Assembly (NCBI GenBank): GCA_946965045.2
Contig: OX337231.1
Coordinates: 310,001 to 374,000, forward strand
DNA from: Epithemia pelagica
Lineage: Eukaryota; Protista; Bacillariophyta
Direction of reading: 5' to 3'
Length of the DNA: 64,000 bases
Below, piece after piece: positions 21,681 to 31,186 of this stretch; within the stretch, counting starts at the first letter, position 1; every line of letters starts with the position of its first letter. Below the pieces are notes generated by a model. That model saw nothing but the letters and a program-made list of their open reading frames with translations. It was not told the origin of the DNA and searched no databases. Both the position numbers and the translations under genes were made by a program.

Positions 21681-21856
21681 GGTGCAGACGCTAGAGGGTT
21701 AGATCCCGATGATCTACTCCTCAGCGTTTCCGCTGTTGGCAGGCTCCCGATGACTCCTAGTCATCAGAAGCCACAACCAACCAGCGGAGTCTTTCCCTAA
21801 AGCTACCAAAGGACTGCAGCGTTAGCAAGCAATTCGCCGAGGGCAGGCGGATTGTG
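21681..21856 (+). repeat. Split direct repeat B1 (176 bp)
   Basis: Identical to 22011-22186; shares the TG at 21855-21856 with A2. Confidence 0.97.
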
Positions 21857-21994
21857 TGCGTCAGCGACAGGACACTCAGGTAGCTACACGTAGTCTAGCT
21901 AGATCACACTAGCTATGTCTAGGAGTCTGCCAACAGCAGCCATGGAGCTCAGAGTTTTTGGAGCAACGCAATCTCTATCAAGTTTGCTGTTGGT
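21855..21994 (+). repeat. Split direct repeat A2 (140 bp)
   Basis: Identical to A1. Confidence 0.97.
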
Positions 21995-22010
21995 CCCACC
22001 ACTCCCTCCC

Positions 22011-22186
22011 GGTGCAGACGCTAGAGGGTTAGATCCCGATGATCTACTCCTCAGCGTTTCCGCTGTTGGCAGGCTCCCGATGACTCCTAGTCATCAGAAG
22101 CCACAACCAACCAGCGGAGTCTTTCCCTAAAGCTACCAAAGGACTGCAGCGTTAGCAAGCAATTCGCCGAGGGCAGGCGGATTGTG
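22011..22186 (+). repeat. Split direct repeat B2 (176 bp), right end of the element
   Basis: Identical to B1; separated from A2 by a 16-nt spacer. Confidence 0.97.
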
Positions 22187-22554
22187 CATCGAAAAACCTG
22201 CCATACGTGCAGCCGGCGCGCAGCCGATTTCATGATCATTTCTCTGAACGTTTCTTCGGTTGACCATGGGGGAAAATTATAACATGGCATTTGTAGTTGA
22301 TTACGTAATGGCTACTATCTTTTCTTTTACCATTTGCTCAATTGATCCATCATGATATACATGCATTGTCATGCGTGAACGCCATTCCTATTTTTCACCA
22401 TTGTTCGCATCTGTCTCTTGTTCTTGATCAGGAAAAAAATGAGAAGCGACTCTTCTCTCCCGAGAAAAGACGACACAAGAACTGAAGCGACAAGGGAAAA
22501 GAATTATCACAAAAGGATATAGAGGAGGATAACGACCTAACAACGCCAATAACC

Positions 22555-23472
22555 ATGATGGACATAGAAGTCGAATCATCTTCATGTGGTCCAACAGGAC
22601 AAGAAGAAAGCGCCCCTTCCGCCCCCGAGGAGGAACCCTGCTACGACGGCACTGATTTGTTGAGCTGGAGACTGCAGGATGTGACTGACGTCGTTGTCCC
22701 GGAGCACGAATGGGATGAAGAAGGATGTGGTTGTTCCAAGGCCCAATGGAACATGATGGTACAGCTATGCTTGGCTGCTTACTACGTCGTTAGTTGGATA
22801 CTACTACTTCGTGATTCCCACGAGTATTACGTGTGGCAAGATGGCGAAGAGAAGGAAACGCTCACAATCCGAACCGATGAGACATTCTTTCAATGTGACG
22901 ATGATGGCGATAAGGTGTATTATCTGGAATGTGACGGGCCCAAGCACTCGAACAACACCATTTCTCCGGTAGAAGAGGGAGAATCAGCGTCCTGCGAGTC
23001 AGCCTCCCTCGACGAAGAAACGTGGTCGTTTCTATTCCTCTGTATTATTACGATTGCGGTGTACGTCCTGTTTTGCATGATAGAACTGCAAAGTGGACGG
23101 TACAATAAGCTTCGTGGATTGGTCACGTTTGAACGAGACAAGAAAACGGGCCTTCCTCGTCCGGTCAAATACGGGACGGCCTTTACCCTGTTTTGTAATT
23201 TCTCCAAGGGAGCTGTCACGGCTCTCGGACAATCCGAACTGTGCGGGGGTCGTTTTGTCGTCATGGGATCCAGAGAAGAGTACACCAGTATGGTACAAAT
23301 TGTGTGCTCAGCTATATTGTTGCTGGCCTATGTGATCTTTATAATGGTATTCGTGTTTGGCATCCTCATGTGCCTTGCGGATGACACGGACGAGTCGGTG
23401 GATATGATCACCATCCTGGTCATTCGCATTCTGGTGGGCTCGGCCGCGGCTGCTTCGTTTGTTTTGCGCTGA
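22555..23472 (+). CDS. Multi-pass membrane protein of unknown function (305 aa)
   Basis: ATG-started ORF with about 4 hydrophobic segments and acidic loops. Confidence 0.65.
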   Translation: MMDIEVESSSCGPTGQEESAPSAPEEEPCYDGTDLLSWRLQDVTDVVVPEHEWDEEGCGCSKAQWNMMVQLCLAAYYVVSWILLLRDSHEYYVWQDGEEKETLTIRTDETFFQCDDDGDKVYYLECDGPKHSNNTISPVEEGESASCESASLDEETWSFLFLCIITIAVYVLFCMIELQSGRYNKLRGLVTFERDKKTGLPRPVKYGTAFTLFCNFSKGAVTALGQSELCGGRFVVMGSREEYTSMVQIVCSAILLLAYVIFIMVFVFGILMCLADDTDESVDMITILVIRILVGSAAAASFVLR

Positions 23473-24201
23473 TTGAGCCAAGTTAATCTTGTCCATTTGA
23501 ACTTTGACTTTGCGTATCCAAGTTGGGCCATGATGAATGTCGTAGCAGCTTTGGACATTGGTGTGTCTTTGGGAATGGATGTCTACTATGGGTGCTTTCA
23601 AAACAATAACCGATGCCGTACCTCAAAGTTGTGCCAACGAGAATAGAAGATTACGATTGCGATGTGCCATCTCTCCTACTACTGGCCTCGCTTGTTTTTC
23701 GTGAAGTTGACTCCTTTTCGTAGTTAGTAGCACGTGTGGCTAAGACTGGTACTCCAAGTGTCCGTTAAATGCAACCAGGAGGAGACCCAGATATGAGAAA
23801 GGACGAACCCCACCAAAGTGGAGCTAGCTCTAGTACGACGTGATTCTCAAGTGTTTCAGGATTCAGGATAGCATCCGCGTACCCGCTTTTTTCAAATTAG
23901 GTCACATGAATTGGTCAAAGCCTATAATGATAACGTCTATCTAGGGAAAACTTGCCAACAGCCTGCTGACAAGGTGATGCATTCCGCCACAACTCTCTCG
24001 CTTCGTTGCTATTCTCCATCTCCACTCCTACAAGAAGGAATAATTGTGGATTCGAGAGAAGGGAGAACTAGTAGTATAATTTATAACCGTGCTACACATT
24101 TCTGCCTGTCATTGTGGCCAAGGCAGGTTTCTGTTCTCTCCCCTCTAGCGCCTGTTACTAGCTAGAGATTGGGACGGTCATTGTTTCATCCCCAGTTGGC
24201 C

Positions 24202-24858
24202 TCATACGTTCTCCTCGATGCTCGTGCCGTTGTCAGCACTCCTCATGCTGCTGGATGGTCCATGGTCCGTTTTTGATTTTTCCTCGTCATTGTTACCCGT
24301 CGAAGAATGGTCATCTTCTCCCTCGTTCCGAGGGATTGCGGAGGGACGGAATGGGGCTGGGGGTATGATGGTTGGACATGATGGATCGCTCTTTGTACAC
24401 TTTGGACGGTGCGGACCACTTGCCGGCATGGAGACATTTGTTTTTCGGTCCCTATTAGTAGTGCTCATTGTGGTGGAAGGTGTGTCCTGGTCTTTCTTGT
24501 TGTTGGTTGGTTGTTCCTTGTGGTGGTAGAGTCTCGATAAATGAAACAATGCCATGACGAGGACGAGTCCCACGGCAAGGCCCACAATGACAAACAAGGC
24601 TGTCGTGAGAAAGTTGAATGGCAAGGTACCAAAGGACTCCTCCTCCTCCTCCTCTGGCGTCTTGTTATCCTGTTGGTCATTGTTGTCTAGACGTTGTGGT
24701 TCGGGGGAATTCGAGGGTACTCGACCTTGCAAGGATGACCCACCACCGACTCGGCGAGCATGGATCAAGTCCATCATCAGCGAAATCGTGACGAAACGTA
24801 ATTTCCATGTTCGTTTCCATCCATGACACAAAGTAACATTTGAGTTTGTTTGCATCAT
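24202..24858 (-). CDS. Single-pass membrane protein, copy 2 (218 aa)
   Basis: Paralog of 5023..5622 with a longer C-terminus. Confidence 0.6.
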   Translation of the reverse strand: MMQTNSNVTLCHGWKRTWKLRFVTISLMMDLIHARRVGGGSSLQGRVPSNSPEPQRLDNNDQQDNKTPEEEEEESFGTLPFNFLTTALFVIVGLAVGLVLVMALFHLSRLYHHKEQPTNNKKDQDTPSTTMSTTNRDRKTNVSMPASGPHRPKCTKSDPSCPTIIPPAPFRPSAIPRNEGEDDHSSTGNNDEEKSKTDHGPSSSMRSADNGTSIEENV

Positions 24859-25599
24859 AATCTTCGGCTGTGTATGTCAACAATGAGAAGAACCAATGCA
24901 CTCGGTGTTCGGATTGTTTTGACGAAAGATCCGGCATGTTCAGAGATTGTTTCGACGAAAGATTGCAATGTTGAGTTTGTGACGAAGGAATCGCCGGTCG
25001 GCTCCTTTTCCAAATCACTACTCAGCGGCTCACTTAAAAAGAGGCTTAATAATTTCGTTCACAAAAGTCAATTGTAAGTTGTAGGGCATATACGGATAGG
25101 TGGGCAAAGTTTCTCTGTGTGTTGTTACGGGAAATTTCGCCTTGGAATCGGGAGCAATACACCAAACGAAACAGAGACACCAAACACCAACACGACGAGA
25201 ATTCTTTGGCAGAGCAAACCAAAACCATATGCCCAAGTTTCGCTGACAAGCATCCAACGATCAACTATGTTGAGCTTCAACTTGAATCGACGGAAAATGC
25301 TCGTATATTGGAAGACACTATCCGAATATACCATCCTGATGCTGGAGCAAATGCACACCAGCGGCCACGTTCTGCGAAACAATCACAAGGCCTAAAGCCT
25401 ATGATCAGGGGAGTTCAATAGTGTATTATTATAACATGATATTTTACTGTCCAGGAGCACAGCTACACGAACAGTCCCATCTAGCAGTCTCGTTGAGTGC
25501 CTCAGGTGGATTTCTTTTGTACTGTCGCAATCAGGCTTCGCCATCCGTTCATGTCAAAAGCTTTCGGTAACCCTCTAGAATAAACTGGGAATGTCATCC

Positions 25600-27645
25600 T
25601 TAGGTCCATGATTGGAGAGCTTCTATTTGGGAATCGACAACTTCTTTTCTTTTTTCTGAAGTCAAATTCTTCCGATTGGGAACAATTTTCTCCAGCAATT
25701 CCAAGTCAACAAGAGCAATGCTATCACTTCCATCTTCTTTGGGAAACTTGCATACATGGCACCAGCGCAGGTCCATGCTCTTGTACATCAGGTTCTCCGT
25801 AGCATACCGCTCGAGTTGCGACTTAATATCCGCAAGGCAATTGCTGCGTTCCTGGACGTTCGTCTCTAGTTGCAGAAGGTACGGTAACTGCAATGCAGGA
25901 AGGCCATTAAGCGTGTGTTTTTCGACATCCTTGAGTTCTGGGAATAGTTTCTTCCAATTATCGAATTCTTTGTCACGGATTTTCTCGACCCTCCTGAACT
26001 CGTTGGCCTGTTCCTTTTTCCGTTCCTTTTCCGTGGCTTCATAGGATCGATCGTATGGATATAACTTTATAGTGCAAAGCTTACCACCTGAGTTGCAGGC
26101 CAAGTAAACTTCCCCTACAGAGCCACCGCCCAGCTGGGCTAGCAAATAGAAACTTTTCGACTTGGATCCGGGAGGCTTGTTCACAAGTGGAAAGTTTGAG
26201 GATAATTTGGAGAATATGAGACCCTTTTCCGTCACTTTTGCGAAAATCCGAGAGCCAACATTGTCATTCGGTTTGACAATAGGAAGGTTCAAAAGTGTAT
26301 TCTCAAATGGTTGAGAGAAAGCGACCTTGAGCGCAAGGAAGAGAGCAAGTGGTACATCCGCATTCCAAAACGTCTTGGAGCCGTAGATCTTTGCAGCAAT
26401 GTCTCCACTTTCATCAACATCAACCACAGTCTCGTTGTCTGTTGCCACTACGTCTTGTATGGAGATCCTTTCTTTCTGGGCACTGGGCGTCTCTTTGCTT
26501 TTCGTCGGCATCTCAGATCGCTGTGTGACAACGTCTGCGTCGCCCTCCATGGCAGCTTCTTCCAGCTTTTGGTTGTGATAATCTTGGAAATTTTCCAGTG
26601 AAACGATCCGGATACCATTGTATGTCATAATGGCACCGATCGGATGGGGCACACCCCGCTGCTTCATTGTCATGAGGTTGTAAAAGACTTGTCCTGCTGC
26701 GATGGCGCTTTCAAACACTTGACCTGGTTTGGTCTCGGGGGCTTTCACTAAGGCACAAAAGACAACTTTCCTGTTCCACGAAACGACAAGAATGTCTGGC
26801 CTTCTACCATACAATGAACTCTCCATATGTACACACAGGAGGTTTCGAAGACCAAGGCACCCAATCATATCCTGTACCAATTCCTTGCACCGGCATTGTA
26901 CATCAATCTCATTCATGTACCGAATCTTGCCATCGTACGATATGTTGCTGTTCACGTCAAGGCTACTTGCAATTTCATATACATCAGGGCTTCCCTCGTT
27001 TTTCCGGTAGCGGGTAGGAATCAATTGACTTTTGATGGGAAACTCTGATGGCACAATTTCTGCCTTCATCATTTCGTGTCCGTGCACGCTGGGTTTGACT
27101 TGGGGGTCGAGGTTTATCGGAGGAAGACGAAGCTTTTGTTCGGGTGTGCCATAGGAATGGTAATAAACCTTCTCAATTGAACGTGCCAAAAGGTTGCGCT
27201 TTTCCTTCATCTTTTGGGCTTGTTCCTTGCGTTGTTGAACAAGTTCCTTCTCCTTTTCAGCAAGTTTCTTTAGTTCTTCTTGTCGTTGCTTTAGTTGGAC
27301 ATATTCCTGGTCCTTTTCCACGTTTTGTTGGACAAGTTCCTTGTGTTGTTGGACAAGTTCCTTGTTTTGTTGGACAAGTTTCTCTATCATCTTGTCCTTC
27401 AAAAACGAAACAGTCTTCTTGTCTTCCTTGTTGTAATGCTGCAGGAGATCAGCAATTTGGCTGATGGTGACTCCCTCATCTTTTCCATCTTGCAACTGGG
27501 AGAGTAGAATCTGAAGGGGATCCGTCTTTGCGGCCACTCGAAGCTTTTTCTTCGTGTCTTGTTCCGCTGACTCGGACAAATCACGTTGCGTTTCTCCGCC
27601 ATCAGTCGGAGGACTCTTTCGAATACCAGCATCTTCTTGGTCCAT
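25600..27645 (-). CDS. Crinkler-like REase(degenerate)+kinase protein, copy 2
   Basis: Near-identical to 6340..8394; also FCALVK. Confidence 0.75.
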   Translation of the reverse strand: MDQEDAGIRKSPPTDGGETQRDLSESAEQDTKKKLRVAAKTDPLQILLSQLQDGKDEGVTISQIADLLQHYNKEDKKTVSFLKDKMIEKLVQQNKELVQQHKELVQQNVEKDQEYVQLKQRQEELKKLAEKEKELVQQRKEQAQKMKEKRNLLARSIEKVYYHSYGTPEQKLRLPPINLDPQVKPSVHGHEMMKAEIVPSEFPIKSQLIPTRYRKNEGSPDVYEIASSLDVNSNISYDGKIRYMNEIDVQCRCKELVQDMIGCLGLRNLLCVHMESSLYGRRPDILVVSWNRKVVFCALVKAPETKPGQVFESAIAAGQVFYNLMTMKQRGVPHPIGAIMTYNGIRIVSLENFQDYHNQKLEEAAMEGDADVVTQRSEMPTKSKETPSAQKERISIQDVVATDNETVVDVDESGDIAAKIYGSKTFWNADVPLALFLALKVAFSQPFENTLLNLPIVKPNDNVGSRIFAKVTEKGLIFSKLSSNFPLVNKPPGSKSKSFYLLAQLGGGSVGEVYLACNSGGKLCTIKLYPYDRSYEATEKERKKEQANEFRRVEKIRDKEFDNWKKLFPELKDVEKHTLNGLPALQLPYLLQLETNVQERSNCLADIKSQLERYATENLMYKSMDLRWCHVCKFPKEDGSDSIALVDLELLEKIVPNRKNLTSEKRKEVVDSQIEALQSWT

Positions 27646-28411
27646 ACTACTATACTACTTTTTGCGATGCAGTCTCGTATGAGGAACGGGGTTTTGCCGA
27701 TGAACAAATGACTTTGTTGGACTCTTTTGTTGTGTGGTCGTTGTTGGATGGTTTTGGATCGAACCGAGCAGTGCTGAAAAACTTCGACATTCTGTGTTTG
27801 CTGGAAAATCCAGGTTTTCTCGGTACGCCCAAGCGGATGAGGAGTCAGGAGCTTTCGTGACTCCATCTCTTTTTGAAAATGGCTCTTCTTCACGAGCTCG
27901 TAAGACACCTCCTCCGTTAGGGCGTAGACTTCGCAAGATCGCTCCTTTTCTTTTCTTTTCTCTGTTTCTTCTCCTTCTTCCAACGACCAGGATGCGGTGT
28001 GTCAGGATCCACACACAATGAATGGCGGCGACGAGAGACTGTTGGATGGATGTGATGGCAAGAACAAGAACAACATTAACCATCAAAGGAGCTTCCGAAC
28101 GAATGATACACTCGATTCTTCGACCGTCCGTTCGATTCTGCGACTCAAACGCTTCCAATTTGTTGTCGTGAAAAGATCCAAAGATTCGAGGAGAAATCGA
28201 CGCGCATTCACAACAGTCGTCGGATCTCTCTCGTCGTCGTTGCCAAACGTCCCCTCTTTCTCTTTCCTCTTTGTTCCCTTTTCTCGCACAAAGAATAATA
28301 GAAGGCTTTCAGTCTAGCAGAAAAGAAGAAGAAAAAGAAGAAGGCGCTCGACAACCACCACACACTCTAGACAGTCCGTTGTCTTCTTCCACAGTCGCCG
28401 ACGAATCCAAA

Positions 28412-29872
28412 ATGACCACGACGAACGAGGCTGCACCGTCCAGTAAGCCACACCCACCATCTCCATGGGTGTCGTCCCAGCACAACACCAGTAGTACTAC
28501 TTCTCGCAGTAATCGTAGTTGTAGTACTACGGGCATGGCCGCCATGACGGAGAATTACAATCAACAAAATGCCTCTCAATCCACCGCCTGGCCACATTTG
28601 CAGCCCTTGATGCAACAAGCCTTGCACGATTTATTGCTGCAACAACAACAACAACAACAATAAGATTGCCACAACGAAACAACAACCACGACCACCTTTG
28701 CCGTGGCCGATTTGGGATGTGCCACGGGGGGCAATTCGATTGCACCCTTGTCCTTCATTGCGCAAACCATCTTGGCGCCGTCGCAGTCTCCCAAACATGA
28801 CGACGACAAGAAGGACAACCACCCTGTGACATCATCACCACCACCAAGGAGGAAATTTCAACACTTGCAAATCTACTTGGTGGATTTGCCGTGCACGGCT
28901 TGGAATACGTTGGCCAATACCGTGACACGGCAAGCCCTGCTTCCCTTTCCTGAAAACAACAACGACGACGACAACATGAATGATATTTGCATTGCCATGG
29001 TCCCTCGTTCCTTTTATCAACCCACCACCACTCCGAATACTAAATTGCACATGTCCTATAGTTTGGTGGCGGTTCATTGGATGCAAGGTCATCCCTGTCC
29101 GATTGCCACGGGGTTGTATGCCACAGCTCCCTTGCACAATTTCAATCCCCACGCATATCAAGCCTGGATCGACGCCGGTGCGGCCGATTGGAAAACCTTG
29201 GTCCAAGCTCGATACCAGGAATTGCACGTGGGAGGATATTTTGTGTGCACCGTGGCCAGTGCAAAGGCCACGGGAGACTATCCCTGGTCTCGGGTGGGAT
29301 ATCTCGTCTACCAAGGCCTGTGTCAAGGCATTCGTCGTCGTAACAACCACCACAACAGCAGTCCAATCATCATTCAAATGGAGGACTTGTCATCCTGTGT
29401 CTTGCCCTGTTGTTGGCGCACGGAATCTCAAGTTCGGGCAGGCTTTGATCCGAAGCAGTGGAAGGTACACGTCTGTGACTTTTACGAAACACAAGATCCC
29501 CTGCACCGTGCCTTGGAACCACCACCACCACATGACGACAAGGACCAGGAGGACGCCGTCAAGAACAAGGACAACCAATTGTCGGCAATGGACTATGCCA
29601 TGTCTGTGGTCCAAGCCTGGAAGGCCATGGGACATGCCACCTTGGCACAAGCCTTGAGGCATGCCGTCCAAGAACGACGTCGTCGGCAACAAGCACAACC
29701 AGAATCTTCCCACAACGACAAAGACAACGACGAGGTACAACGAGCCGTCGAACAACTCTTGGAACAGGCCTATACCTCCTGCTTGGAACCGATTGCTTCC
29801 GATCCCGACACGTACAATTTGGATGTCGCCTTTTGGTATGTCTTGGCCCAAAAACTTGGCGACGAAGAATAG
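28412..29872 (+). pseudogene. SABATH-type methyltransferase, copy 2, with a premature stop in the polyQ tract
   Basis: ATG at 28412; (CAA)7 then TAA at 28661-28663. The remaining frame is open to 29872 with all motifs. The track start at 28703 is GTG. Confidence 0.8.
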
Positions 29873-29939
29873 CTATTCGTATATACACTGGAGGATGATT
29901 GGCCACCGCCCTCCATACGGCGGGCCGTCGGTTGGGACA

Positions 29940-30140
29940 ATCTTTCTGCTGGACTGGAAGCCTTATTATTCATTGTGTAAGACAGCGGAACAACGAAGGA
30001 AGAGGGGACTTTGGCAACGCCGACGAGATCCAAAGACTGTGATGCGTGGATCTGTTCTCGAAGCTTTGGATGTTTTAACGCTCAACGACAATAAACAGGA
30101 AGCGTTCGAGATGTAGAAACTGAACGGTGGAAGAATCGAG
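29940..30140 (-). repeat. Inverted, diverged copy of the kinase upstream region (~8920-9075 / ~28150-28325)
   Basis: Reverse-complement match, e.g. ctgctggactggaagcctt...gcggaacaacga...ccaaagac. Confidence 0.8.
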
Positions 30141-30467
30141 TTTATTGTGACCCAGCCCTTATTATAAAAGCGAACGCAATTTTTGCTTTGTGGATCTAGT
30201 CCGCTCCTGAGAAGGCAATAGTTGTGACGGTTGCTTGGCCCAACGACGACCAGGACGTCAAGGTGCAGCCATCGTAGTCTTTCGAAAACACAACAAGTAG
30301 CCTGCTTTCATCCTTGTCCTTTGCTTCAAAACCAGCCGCCTCAAAGCATTGATGAGAAAATTGAGAGGAGAGCAAACAAAAACACAGAGGGTGAATTGAT
30401 TGTTAGCCAACGACGAATTGAATAAATTCAAAACAAAACATCGAATCAAATGGAAAACACAGCTCAC

Positions 30468-30768
30468 CATTTGCTTGCTGCACACTAGCTGGTGCAACCA
30501 CAATCAATGGACTATCGCTTGTTGTATCTGTGGGAACAGCTTCCCGGGGACCCATGCAGTTAGTGCTGAGAAAAGGAACATTCGTTCCCGGAGGGTAGAT
30601 GGCAAGTTGAAAAGCAGCGCAATGATTCAGCGCCAGTTGCGCTGTTTCCTTCACAGCAATTTTAAGTCGATCCACAATCCCATTAAACTCATATATTCCA
30701 AATACCGAAGGTTTTGTATCGTTTTCACCAATAAACAGCTTTACCCAAACAGAAGGACGACTCGTCAT
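30468..30768 (-). pseudogene. Orphan Crinkler-type N-terminal ubiquitin-like header exon
   Basis: SVWVKL..IVDRLKIAVK..LNHCAAFQLAIYPPGT..EAVP..TTSDSPLIVVAP followed by a GTGAGC donor at 30467. No convincing downstream exon found. Confidence 0.6.
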
Positions 30769-31186
30769 TGTGTTGATATAGGGCTGATGCGCACTCTCAT
30801 GGGTTGGTTTTGGAATGGACTGAAGACATGGTCGGCCATAGCTGGAAAATCTCAACCATCCACGATTTTAAACGCCATGACCCGTCGCGAGTCACAAAAG
30901 AGCGTTTGAATCGCGGAACCAGAACCATGCACAAGGGACAACCCCCAGCGCGGGGGTTTCGAGGTTGTAGATTCTGGCTTACACCAATTACACCCTATAA
31001 GCCAACCCCCCCTGGGGGATGAGGAAAAAGTAAGTCACATTCACTATAATGTAGAGAGTAGAGAGTACATGGAGCCAAAGAGTGTCATCCGCGTGTTGTG
31101 CAGCAACAAAAGAGAGTCCAACAAAAGTCATATCCGTCGACAAAAATCCGCTCCTGTACCTCGCTGTCGCTGCAGATTCGTATAGT

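Larger units (their letters stand above)
11820..22186 (+). mobile_element. Tyrosine-recombinase retrotransposon, Ngaro-like (split direct repeats), apparently intact
   Basis: Repeat layout A1-[ORF1, RT-RNaseH, YR]-B1-A2-B2 with identical repeat copies. No TSD. No methyltransferase domain is visible after RNase H. Confidence 0.95.
24000..29950. repeat. Segmental duplication, copy 2
   Basis: Direct repeat of ~4765-10340. Confidence 0.95.

Noticed and set aside
30940-31030. C-run/G-run hairpins suggesting a Helitron 3' end
   Set aside because: No correctly spaced CTRR terminus or A/T insertion site could be identified.
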